From: an uncultured bacterium
Lineage (GTDB): Bacteria > Acidobacteriota > Thermoanaerobaculia > Multivoradales > JAHZIX01
Assembly (NCBI GenBank): GCA_965368975.1
Contig: CBDUPA010000024.1
Span: forward strand, 16,790-80,789
Direction: 5' to 3'
Length of the DNA: 64,000 bases
Shown here: positions 53,855 to 63,000 of the stretch, one piece after another
How the letters are laid out: each line of letters begins with the position of its first letter
Numbering within the stretch: position 1 is the first letter of the stretch
The notes under the pieces: model-generated
Databases searched by the model: none
Told to the model about the DNA's origin: nothing
The model's input: the letters and a program-made list of their open reading frames with translations, nothing else
Made by a program: the position numbers and the translations under genes

Positions 53855-54865
53855 ATGCCCCGCAACTCCGTACGCCCGAGTCACCCCCCCGTTCCCCGGG
53901 TCGTCGTGCTGGTCGCTGTCGCCGTCGTCCTGCTGGGCGTCGGCTACCTGGTGGGTCGCTACTTCACCTCGGCGCCACCCGTGTCGCCGCCTGCACCGGA
54001 GTCGCCTATAGACGCTTCCGGACTGCCGTCTGCGACCTCGTCGACGAACGGCACGGGTCCAGGTGACGCCGTGCGTCCGTACGACGTCGACCGCCCGTAC
54101 GAAGAAGACCTGCCTGACGAGCTGAACGGGGCGGCCACCGGCACCGATGCCGACCTACCGACCGAGATCGTGCTGCCGCCGTCCGGCAACGGTGCGCGCA
54201 TCGCCCTGGTCATCGACGACCTCGGCCGCGACCTGCGCGACCTCGACATCCTGCGCGACCTCGGCGTCCCCGTGACCTACTCGGTGCTACCGTTCGAGAT
54301 CCGCACCTCCGAGGTCATCGACGTGCTGCGCGCTCGCGGTGCCGAGATTCTCTGCCACCTCCCCATGGAAGCCTCCGGCGGCGCCAATCCCGGTCCGGGC
54401 GCCCTGGTGCGCAGCATGACACGCGAGGAACTGGTCGACGCCACGCGTCAAGCCCTACTCGCCACCCCCGGTGCCGTCGGCGTCAACAACCACATGGGCT
54501 CGCAACTCACTTCCGACGCGCAAGCCCTGCGCCCGGTGCTCGAGACCCTGCTCGAGGAAGGTCTCTTCTTCCTCGACTCACGCACCAGTGCCCAGAGCGC
54601 CGGCTACCGTCTCGCCTCAGAATTGGGCATCGCCACCGCCCGCCGTCACGTCTTCCTCGACCCCGACCCCTCCCTCGAAGCCATCCGCTTCCAATGGCGC
54701 CGCCTGCTCGACCTAGCTCACCGTCAAGGCGCCGCCATCGCCATCGGTCACCCCTACGACCACACCTTCCAGGTGCTGCAAGAAGAAGTCGCCGCGGCGC
54801 GCGAGAAGGGCTACGAGTTCGTGCCGGTCAGTTACTTGCTCGAGCGTCCGGGGGGGCCGGAGTAG
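53855..54865 (+). CDS. yibQ: Divergent polysaccharide deacetylase family protein YibQ-like
   Basis: TM anchor, Pro-rich linker, then the YibQ/DUF610 core (ARIALVIDDLG...VTYSVLP...HLPME...NNHMGS...FLDSRTS). Same envC-yibQ synteny as in enterobacteria. Confidence 0.75.
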   Translation: MPRNSVRPSHPPVPRVVVLVAVAVVLLGVGYLVGRYFTSAPPVSPPAPESPIDASGLPSATSSTNGTGPGDAVRPYDVDRPYEEDLPDELNGAATGTDADLPTEIVLPPSGNGARIALVIDDLGRDLRDLDILRDLGVPVTYSVLPFEIRTSEVIDVLRARGAEILCHLPMEASGGANPGPGALVRSMTREELVDATRQALLATPGAVGVNNHMGSQLTSDAQALRPVLETLLEEGLFFLDSRTSAQSAGYRLASELGIATARRHVFLDPDPSLEAIRFQWRRLLDLAHRQGAAIAIGHPYDHTFQVLQEEVAAAREKGYEFVPVSYLLERPGGPE

Positions 54866-54944
54866 GAAGACAGGGCTTCAGCATAGCCCCGTCGAGAAGC
54901 CATGCCTGAGATTCCTAGGCTCGCTAATCAGTGCGCACCAGAGG

Positions 54945-56315
54945 TTACGTTGCGTTTATTGGCCGCGGTTCAATCCAAGTTGCCACCGCTATTAGAAGTG
55001 CGAATGTTGCTAGAATTCTGTCGGCTGTTCGGTTCCAGGTCATGCGCACATGAAAGTTAATATGAAAAACTGCTCCGTTCTCAGTTGATAGTATCAAGCC
55101 TGAACCTTTCTTTACGACGGCAAGGATTCTAGGCGTTTGCTCAATTAGGTAGCATGGGGTGCCGTTGTGTCGCTTTGGCCTGCAGCCGTATATTGCGTTG
55201 TCGGAGTTTGAGATTAGAATGTTTTGGCCGTAGATGTCTTCGACTATGAAATCCGATTTGAATCCAGAGTAGATAGCGTTGGATTCTTCGCGGGTGGCAA
55301 GATTAATAGCAGATATGTCTCCATTTTCCTGGATAGCAAGTAGGTTATTTCTCTCGGTCAACATCAGGGAGCAAATCGGGCTAGCCCTTGAGGTAGGGAA
55401 CCGAAAATGTTTGAACGGGACAAAATCTTTGGCTGTATTTTTTTGTAGTATTAGAGGCTCATCCGTATTGAGGTCGAGGAAAGTGTGGCCCAAGTAGACG
55501 TGGCCAAGGTTGTTCGCTAGGATAAAGTCCATGTCTAGATCTTGACTAGGAGAGATTAGAAAATAGCGTGCGCACTCTGTTTCATCTGACGCGCGCTCTA
55601 GCCTTCCTGCTGTTGCTGCTTCTCTTCCGGTCTCAGCATCGATAAAACTGTAGCTGCCGTCGATTAGGACTAGACAGATGATAAGGCGATTTTCAACTAT
55701 CAGAGTTCCCAGTAGTGCTATGTCCTCAGTTCTGATGTCAGCTAGAGAAAAGTAGTCATTAGCAAGCTCCGAGATGACATGGAATTGATCCTTATGGCTT
55801 TCGTTCGGAGTGTCTGAGCTACCTGCTGAAGTGTAGGCAAGGCGTCCAGCCAAAATTGAGTCCTCGTTCAGCAGTACTATGCGATTCTGATCCAACCTGT
55901 GATTTGAAAATGCGAATGGTTGGCCTCCTTGTGATGCTACGACTGTAGGATCTTCTTCGAGACTTATCTCTCTGTGCTTCGCGGAGTGGTCATTGCTCGC
56001 AGATGCTGGGCTCCATAACGAGTAACTAATGATGCCCTTGTAGGCATTGAAAGACGTTCCATAGATTCGGTCGTTCTGTAGCCAGAGATCTTGATAAGCA
56101 GCCTTATGTGTATCCGCTCCGGTTGGATGGATGAGGTCATGACTAGTTACTATCAGGGATCTGTCCGTGCCCTTGGTGTAAATTAGTGCTACGAGCACGG
56201 TTATTGCCGATGCTCTGGAAATTACTCTGAATCTGTTTCGGATTTTAGCACTGCTTGCGTTTAGCCTGGCGAAAGCGTGGGTGTTGTGTAAGTAGTAGTG
56301 GAGTATGTGTCGCAT
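54945..56315 (-). CDS. Hypothetical protein (456 aa) on the low-GC island, N-terminal signal anchor, no recognisable family
   Basis: Long ORF with AT3-rich codon usage and a hydrophobic N-terminal segment (ITVLVALIY). No motifs recognised. Confidence 0.45.
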   Translation of the reverse strand: MRHILHYYLHNTHAFARLNASSAKIRNRFRVISRASAITVLVALIYTKGTDRSLIVTSHDLIHPTGADTHKAAYQDLWLQNDRIYGTSFNAYKGIISYSLWSPASASNDHSAKHREISLEEDPTVVASQGGQPFAFSNHRLDQNRIVLLNEDSILAGRLAYTSAGSSDTPNESHKDQFHVISELANDYFSLADIRTEDIALLGTLIVENRLIICLVLIDGSYSFIDAETGREAATAGRLERASDETECARYFLISPSQDLDMDFILANNLGHVYLGHTFLDLNTDEPLILQKNTAKDFVPFKHFRFPTSRASPICSLMLTERNNLLAIQENGDISAINLATREESNAIYSGFKSDFIVEDIYGQNILISNSDNAIYGCRPKRHNGTPCYLIEQTPRILAVVKKGSGLILSTENGAVFHINFHVRMTWNRTADRILATFALLIAVATWIEPRPINAT

Positions 56316-56324
56316 TGAATATGT

Positions 56325-56999
56325 CTAGTGATCTAGGTTCTCTGTTGCCCAGGAGGTGCAGGTGCCGCAAGCGGTTCTCACAGATGCTGCACAAATATAG
56401 ACCTCTTGACAACGAACACAACAGACGCTCCTCTCAGATCGCTTCCAATGTTGCGCGCTTTGGACTTGGGTCATGAAGCTACCTTCACCTTCCCGGAGTT
56501 GGATAGAGAGTTCAATATCGAGAAGTGAGTCGAATACTATTCTCCCTTCCAGGATCCTTTGGAAGGGGGCAATGACCGCGGCTTCGCCCGAGGGGTGAGC
56601 AAGTTGTTGTAGTGGAGTCCAAGTTCCGATTTCTATTTCCTGCCTGCTGCCAACCGACATATAGCCTTCAGCTCCCGTCTTAGAAACCAGTCCAAGCTTG
56701 GCAGAGACCTTTGCCGAACCCCCAGAGTTACGTTCGAACAGCACGACTCCAATCTGGTAGTTTGGATCAGATCCAGGGTCAATTATCAATACTGTGCTGT
56801 CAATGATCTCAAATTCGATCTCCAGCATTCCTGGCAAGTCTAGTCTTCCAGAGATCAATCTGTCTTGCTCCGCTAGGTGCCGGTAAGTGGGCAAGGTGTC
56901 TTGGGCTGAAAGGCTGTCAGGTAAGAAGACAAGCGACATGGCTAGAATGGCTTTTGCAACGCTGTTGCCTGTGATTGCGGTGGCCTTGTTCTTGGACAT
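56325..56999 (-). CDS. Hypothetical secreted protein (about 224 aa) on the low-GC island
   Basis: ATG at 56999 gives the signal peptide MSKNKATAITGNSVAKAILAMSLVFLPDSLSAQD; the ORF start at 57098 is an over-extension. The Cys-rich extreme C-terminus (CCVRCQEVYICAASVRTACGTC) is compositionally odd and may reflect a frame problem. Confidence 0.4.
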   Translation of the reverse strand: MSKNKATAITGNSVAKAILAMSLVFLPDSLSAQDTLPTYRHLAEQDRLISGRLDLPGMLEIEFEIIDSTVLIIDPGSDPNYQIGVVLFERNSGGSAKVSAKLGLVSKTGAEGYMSVGSRQEIEIGTWTPLQQLAHPSGEAAVIAPFQRILEGRIVFDSLLDIELSIQLREGEGSFMTQVQSAQHWKRSERSVCCVRCQEVYICAASVRTACGTCTSWATENLDH

Positions 57000-57079
57000 T
57001 GCCTTCTCTTTCTGCCAAGGGTGTGAGCAGTGTAGTTTTGGTGGTGAAGCTTGCCCTTTGGAGCTAAAACCAAAGTGGT

Positions 57080-57739
57080 CTAACTTGAGCCTGACCACAT
57101 TCTACCTGAGTTTAGGTGAGACGATGCGATCCCTTTAGTAGTGACAATCTGGAGTTCCTGTGGAAGGTCGCGGTCCCTGTTGAATCCCCGCTCTTGGATC
57201 AACTGCGCGGCTCGTCTTGCATCGGCAAGGTCTTCTTCGGTAGCCACTTGCAGCAGACTCTTGATGTCCATCGCGTCCTGAGGTCGGTTCTCATCGTCGC
57301 GCGCAAGAAGCTTCAGCGAGAGCAGATGTCCCACCCGCGCTACGGGCAGTAGCAATCCCGGGAAGACTTCTAATACCCGAGCCTGGGCCACGATCTCTGG
57401 CTCTATGCCCGAGGATGCGAACAGCAAGTCCAGAATGGCCTCGTTCCCAGTTGCTTCTGGCGGTAGTAGTCGAACCGTAGATAGCCGCAGGGTAGCCTTT
57501 TGCTCGACCACGGCAACGACCTGATAACCTTCACCCTGAAGTTCTCGGATCAGGTGCTCGGCATCCGCGTCGCTCGCTACGGCAAGTGCCAAGTCGACAT
57601 CCCGCGTAAAGCGTGGTTCTGTTTGGGCTGAGACGGCCAAGCCACCGACGAGCGCCCAAGGATGGCCAAATCGCTTCAGGCGCTTCTGCGCTCGTCGCAG
57701 AAGCGCTTCTAGGTCGCTACATGTTTCTTGCGTGGCCAT
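57080..57739 (-). CDS. Nucleotidyltransferase-fold toxin-like protein (AbiEii/MenT-like)
   Basis: NTase signature ALVGGLAVSAQTEPRFTRDVDLALAV (hGG[S] ... DxD). About 219 aa. Preceded by a small overlapping ORF, the typical type IV/VII toxin-antitoxin layout. Confidence 0.55.
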   Translation of the reverse strand: MATQETCSDLEALLRRAQKRLKRFGHPWALVGGLAVSAQTEPRFTRDVDLALAVASDADAEHLIRELQGEGYQVVAVVEQKATLRLSTVRLLPPEATGNEAILDLLFASSGIEPEIVAQARVLEVFPGLLLPVARVGHLLSLKLLARDDENRPQDAMDIKSLLQVATEEDLADARRAAQLIQERGFNRDRDLPQELQIVTTKGIASSHLNSGRMWSGSS

Positions 57740-57936
57740 TCGATCGGTTCTCCAGGCCCGTCCCCGAATTCGGCCCCAGGTCGTTCGTGCAGCCAGGCCC
57801 GGAGCCGCTGGTGGAGTTCTTCCTCAGGGGCTTCTGGATGCCGTCTCTTCAAAGTCTGAAGCATCATCCGGCGACCGGCGATGTGAAGGTCGAAGGCGGT
57901 TCGCAGCTTGGCCGCGGCGATTTCTTCCTGAGTCAT
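57709..57936 (-). CDS. Small (75 aa) putative cognate antitoxin of the NTase toxin
   Basis: Overlaps the start of the NTase gene by 31 nt on the same strand. Small, charged and helical. No family-level match recognised. Confidence 0.35.
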   Translation of the reverse strand: MTQEEIAAAKLRTAFDLHIAGRRMMLQTLKRRHPEAPEEELHQRLRAWLHERPGAEFGDGPGEPIEWPRKKHVAT

Positions 57937-58000
57937 GCCGATATTCTACCGGACAGGCTTGGGAAAGGCTCTTGCGCTAGACTGGTGGCTTGAGGTGCCC

Positions 58001-58375
58001 ATGTCGAGTCGCTTGCAAGAGATCATCGAGTACCACCGCCGTCGCGATGCCCAAGAGCACGCGCGTCGAGAAGCGTTACGCTCGACAGTCCTGGCTGATG
58101 CTCGGGCAGCGATCCGAGAGATCGGTCCTGAGTTCCCGGCGATCCAGACGGTCTACCTCTTCGGTTCGATTCTTCGTCCAGGAAAGTTCAGCGAGCATTC
58201 GGACATCGACGTAGCGATTGATTGCGCGGATGTCTTCGTCGAGAGCCGCTTTCGGCGTGAACTGGAGCGCCGCTGCCACCGGCAGGTTGACGTGCGTCCG
58301 TGTGTCGAACGAGTGGCGGAAGCAGTCGAGCAGACCGGAGAGAAGGTCTATGAACGAAAAGTACCTGCTGCTTGA
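58001..58375 (+). CDS. Minimal nucleotidyltransferase (MNT, HI0073-like) of an MNT/HEPN toxin-antitoxin pair
   Basis: IQTVYLFGSILRPGKFSEHSDIDVAID is the classic GS...DhD MNT motif. ATG at 58001 (MSSRLQEII...). Confidence 0.65.
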   Translation: MSSRLQEIIEYHRRRDAQEHARREALRSTVLADARAAIREIGPEFPAIQTVYLFGSILRPGKFSEHSDIDVAIDCADVFVESRFRRELERRCHRQVDVRPCVERVAEAVEQTGEKVYERKVPAA

Positions 58376-58826
58376 GCGACAGATCGAGCGCGACTGGGAG
58401 GCTGTGGAGCGGTTCCTGGACCAGCTCGCGGAGGTCTCGGTCGATAGCGATACCGAGGAAGGGCCGCTGATCATCACAGGCTATCGCCTCCATCACCTCT
58501 ATACGGCGATCGAGAATCTCTTCTTCAACATCGCTCGCGGCTTCGAGAATCAGCTGGAGAAGGACAAGGGCTGGCACAGTCAGTTGTTGCAGCGCATGGT
58601 CTTGGATCTGCAGCCGATTCGGCCGGCAGTGATCGATCAAGCCTCTTTCGAGCTACTCGACGAGTTGCGCGGATTCCGGCATGTCTTTCGCACCAACTAC
58701 GGCACGCGGCTGCAAGGTGAGCGTATGAAGCCGGCACTGAAGGCAGCGCAGCGGCTGCGTCAGGGTCTACCGGCGCAGGTCGAGCAGTTCATGGGCGTCG
58801 TCCATGCCCTGGCCACGGAGGGGTGA
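58350..58826 (+). CDS. HEPN-domain / nucleotidyltransferase-substrate-binding (HI0074-like) protein, partner of the MNT
   Basis: Overlaps the MNT 3' end by about 25 nt. About 158 aa, helical, with an R-x(3-5)-H-like motif (ELRGFRHVFRTNYG). ATG at 58350 (MNEKYLLLERQ...). Confidence 0.55.
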   Translation: MNEKYLLLERQIERDWEAVERFLDQLAEVSVDSDTEEGPLIITGYRLHHLYTAIENLFFNIARGFENQLEKDKGWHSQLLQRMVLDLQPIRPAVIDQASFELLDELRGFRHVFRTNYGTRLQGERMKPALKAAQRLRQGLPAQVEQFMGVVHALATEG

Positions 58827-59924
58827 AGGCACCCGGAACTCCTCCATCCGCCGGATCAACGTATCTCCGAACAGTGTCTCGACGACGTGCCCCTGGTCCG
58901 GCACGATCTCCAGCGTCGAGTTGACGCCTAGCTCTTGCAGCTTCTCGTGCGCACGCTTGGCGGCACCGACCCAGGGGCCGTCGTGCTCGCCGACGTACAT
59001 GGCGACATGCATGCCCTGAAGCCGTTCCAGGAGGTCGGTGCTGGTGCTCCCGGGGATGACGGTCAAGGAGTGGAAGCGACTCGGTAGGTGCTGCGCCAAG
59101 TGGAAGGCGCTGTTGCCGCCGTTGCTGCAGCCGCCAAGGTGGAACTTGCCGCTTTCGACCTTGTAGTTCTCGGCCATCGAGTCGAGGAAGGATCCCATGG
59201 CGCGCACACCTTCGGGACCGCGCCAACCGCTGCTGGGGCGAGCGGGTGCCAGCACGATCCAGCCGAGACGAGCGGCTTGTTCACCCCAGTAGTTGCTGAG
59301 CACGAAGTCGGTGGCGGCCAGGCTCTCGGAGCCGGGGCCGAGGGCGAGCAGGACGGGGTAGGTCTTGGACGCGTCGTAGCCGTGCGGGAGTACCCGGACG
59401 TACTCGATCTCGACGCCGAGCGGAGTTCTAAAGCGGTGCGTGGTGCGCGGGCTGGGCAGCTCGAAGCGTGGGTCGTCGCGCAGGCTGGCGAGATCGGGGT
59501 CGTCGCGCATGCCGTCGTGGTCGGAGAAGCCGAGCCAGCGGGCGCGGTCGAGGGCGGCGAAGGCGGCGTCTGGGTTGCCGGCCCGGGCCAGGCTGCAGGC
59601 GATGTTGTAGAAGGCAGTAGCAGCCATGCGCGGTGACAGTCTGGCGGCCTTCTCGTAGGCCGGGATGGCGTCGGCGTAGCGGCCTTGACCGTGGCGTGCG
59701 ATGCCGAGCCCGAACCAGACGGTTGCCCGATCCGGCGTCTCGCGGCTCAGGCGTTCGGTGAGCTGAGCGGCTTCGTCGTACTTCTCGTCCGCGAGCAGTC
59801 GCTGCACACGACGCTCATCGGCGGACAGCTGCTGGGCGTCGAGGGGCCCGGGCTGGTACAAGGCGATCACGAGGATGGGGACGAGGTGGACTAGGCAACG
59901 GAAGGGGTGAGGTCGATGGGTCAT
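58767..59924 (-). CDS. Secreted alpha/beta hydrolase (esterase / depolymerase-like) with N-terminal TPR-like helical region
   Basis: ATG at 59924 gives MTHRPHPFRCLVHLVPILVIALY (signal). A helical TPR-like stretch, then an esterase core with the GxSxG elbow GGCSNGGNSA and HG/His motifs. The 3' end overlaps the HEPN gene by about 60 nt convergently. Confidence 0.6.
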   Translation of the reverse strand: MTHRPHPFRCLVHLVPILVIALYQPGPLDAQQLSADERRVQRLLADEKYDEAAQLTERLSRETPDRATVWFGLGIARHGQGRYADAIPAYEKAARLSPRMAATAFYNIACSLARAGNPDAAFAALDRARWLGFSDHDGMRDDPDLASLRDDPRFELPSPRTTHRFRTPLGVEIEYVRVLPHGYDASKTYPVLLALGPGSESLAATDFVLSNYWGEQAARLGWIVLAPARPSSGWRGPEGVRAMGSFLDSMAENYKVESGKFHLGGCSNGGNSAFHLAQHLPSRFHSLTVIPGSTSTDLLERLQGMHVAMYVGEHDGPWVGAAKRAHEKLQELGVNSTLEIVPDQGHVVETLFGDTLIRRMEEFRVPSPLRGQGMDDAHELLDLRR

Positions 59925-60047
59925 GGAAGCCTCCTGCATCGAATGTACGCTGACAGCTGGCGTAGGTTCCGGGGCGCAGCTCCATTTTGCGGCTTTTTGC
60001 TGTTCCTTTGCACGTCTGGACATCCTGGGAGCGCGGGCCACGCTGGT

Positions 60048-63000
60048 CTAGGTGCACGGTTCCAGGCGGCATTCTCGGCCACCGTCACCGGTCACGGTGA
60101 TCACCACGCTGGCGGCCGCCTGCGCCCCGTGCTGGTCGGTGACCAGGACGCTGACCGGGTAGCTGCCGGCACTAGCGAAGGTGTGGCTGACCGCTGCTCC
60201 CACCGCGCTGGCACCGTCGGCGAAGAGCCAGCTGAAGCGTAGACTGTCCCCGTCGGGGTCGAGGCTGCCGCTGGCGTCGAAGTAGACCGTCAGCGGGGCG
60301 GCACCGCTGGTGACGTCGGCGATGATGACGGCGAAGGGGGCCTGATTGTCGAGCGCCAGGCTGACGCGATTGTTGGTCTCGAGCAACTCGTCGATCTCGT
60401 CCGCGGCATCGACGACCGCGACCAGCTCGGCGTCGCCGGCCGGCTGGACGTAGCCGAGGCTCACCTCGACCGTGGCACCACCGACCAGTGGACCGTCTAC
60501 GCGCTGCTCGGCGACCTGCACGCCCGCGGCGTCTGGATCTCCGACATACAGGCGCACGTCGAAGGCGCCGGTAGCCAGGGCGCCCGTGTTGTGCACCTGC
60601 AGGGTTGCCTGCACGGAGTCGCCGACGGCCGGGGTCGCTGGCGAGGTGTGCAAGTCACCCTCGGCCACCGTCAGGTCGGCGTCCAGGTGGTGTTCGAGCA
60701 GGCGCAGATCGGTGCGGCCGGCGTCGGGAAGGTTGTCGAAGGTCACCGGCACGCCGTCGAGAACTTCGGTGTCTTCGGTGCGCAGGATCTGGGTGCGCAG
60801 GTAGGCGGCGCGCAGCACGCCATCCGTGCCGTAGGTGGCGGTGAGATCGTGGTGCGTGGCGTCGGACTCGCTGGTCAGGCGGAGATCTTCACTCCAGCTC
60901 TGCCATCCAGGATCGTAGATCTGCGCCCATAGGTTAGCGGGACCATCGTCGGTGACTTCCTGCCACAGCAGCGTCAGGTGACCTTGTGGCTGGCGCAGCA
61001 GGCGCAGGTCGTCGAAGGTCGCGGAAGAGCTGCCGGTGCGCACCGGCCGAGGCGTCTTGTCGTCCAGCGTCGCTTGCACCAGGTTGTCACCGCGCAGCCA
61101 GACCATGTGCCCCGTACCACTGTGGTCGTAGGCGGCTTGCGGCGCGCGGTTGCCGCCGCCACCGGCCGCCCAGCGCGGGTTGGCGAGCCAGCGTATGCCG
61201 TCCCAGGTGTAGAGGCGCAGGACTTCGTCACCGCCCGTTGTCGGGTCGGGGTCGAGGGACAGCACGGCGAAGGCCTCGTCGCCACGGTAGGCAGCCGCGT
61301 GTCGGGTGACTCCGACCAGGCCGGAGGCCACCGTCTGTGCCGGCCCCCATGTGCGCGTGGCGGCATTCCAGAAGCGGACCCGCAGGGTCGCCGGGTGGGC
61401 CGCGTCGGAAGTGAAGAGACCGCCCGGCTGCTGCAGCCAGCTGAGCATCAGCCGTCCGTCTGTCGCGCGGGACAGCTGGACGTCGGTGTCGTGCAGGGCG
61501 TTGTTGGTGAGCACCACGGGGGTGCTCCAGAAGCCGGTGGCCGTGTTGTAGAAGGCACTCACCACGTCCAGGCGGCTGAGGAAGGCCGGCAAGTCTTCCA
61601 GCTCTTCGATCGGGCTGTCGAAGCGAGCGTCTCGGACGCGCGTCCAGACGGCGACCGCGTTGCCGCGAGAGTCGGATGCCAGCTGTGGTGCCAGGTCGGC
61701 CCGACGATCGTCGGTGAGTTGCAGGGGGGCGGCCCAACCGGCGCCGTAGTTGCGCGAGAAGTACAGCTCGGTCGACTGCGGAGTCGGCAGGGAAGGATCC
61801 TGGGACAACCACAGCAGCAGGTGGTCGCCACCGGGCAGTTCCGTGAAGGCCGGCGACGCCTGGGCGTAGACGTTCTCGAGCAGCGTCACCTCTTGCACCG
61901 CGTGCGGCAGTAGGGCGCGCGGTCGCGACACGGACCCACCGTCGCCGTAGAGCGGTCCGTCGGGGCGCAAGCGTGGGGCCTCGACGAAGCGGGACGGCTC
62001 ACCGAAGCGGCGGATATCGGTTGCGATCAGGTGCAGTCTCGGTGTTTCCGGGGCGCTCTTGCTACGGCCGCAGCGGAACTCGCCGCTGCGCTTGTAGGTG
62101 CACTGATACCGTGCTTTGGCCGTGAAGTCCCAGAACCAGACCACGAGCTTGACGCCGGCCTCCACGTGCATCTCGGCCTGGCGGAAGATCGGCGTCGGCA
62201 GGCCGGCGGTGACGCTGCCCCCGCCGCTGGCCCAGCCGGTGAGGTCGAGGCTGCGGCAGATGTTGACGTCGAGCACCGCTGTGAGATCGAGACCGAGGGT
62301 GCCGGTGATCTCGTCGAAGTGCAGCAAGTCGTCTTCCTTCTCGGCGAAGACCACCATCAATGTGATGGACGGCCGGATCTCGCCGCGTAGCGTCACCTTC
62401 TTGTTGATCGTGCTGAGGACCGGCAGACCAGAGAGGCTCTGCAAGCCGGGAATCGCGTCGAAGATGCCAGCCTCTGCCGCCAGCACTCCGACGATCTTCA
62501 GCTCACCGGTCGCCTTGATCAGGTCGAGGCCGTCGATCACCGCCAGCCGAAATTCGCCCTTACCGCTGGCTGAACCTTCTACGCCTCCACCAGCTTTGCC
62601 ACCACCGAGGGCGAAGAATCCAGTCTTGGCGTCGAAGCTCAAGCTGCCCGTTCCCACGCTCGACACCGACCCCTCGACGCTGAGCTGTGTCTCCAGCAGG
62701 TCGAAGGTACCTCCGAAGAGGGGCACCCACTTGGGAACCTGGATGCACTTCGGGCAATTGCTCAACGCACAGCCAATGTCACAGCCCTTGCTGATGGGTT
62801 CTTTGGGGTACTTGTAGAGCAGGCCGAAGACGATCTCACCATCACCCGCTCGGGCGGTGACGGTGCCGCCGATCTCGGTCGCGATCTTCAGCCATTCCGG
62901 ATAGGGGAAGACGTACACCTTCTCGACCTGGGTGTCGCCGCGCACGCCCTCGCCGTTGGTGGGCGTCAGGCGCACCAGGCTCGGCTGGGTACTCTCCGGC

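Larger units (their letters stand above)
54866..57079. other. Low-GC (about 45% versus about 68% background) horizontally acquired island carrying two unknown genes, abutted on its right by toxin-antitoxin modules
   Basis: Abrupt compositional shift visible by eye: AT-rich runs such as gaaagttaatatgaaaaactgctccg and ttttggccgtagatgtcttcgactatgaaatcc. The shift is confined to 54.9-57.1 kb. Codon usage of the two ORFs is AT-skewed. Confidence 0.7.
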
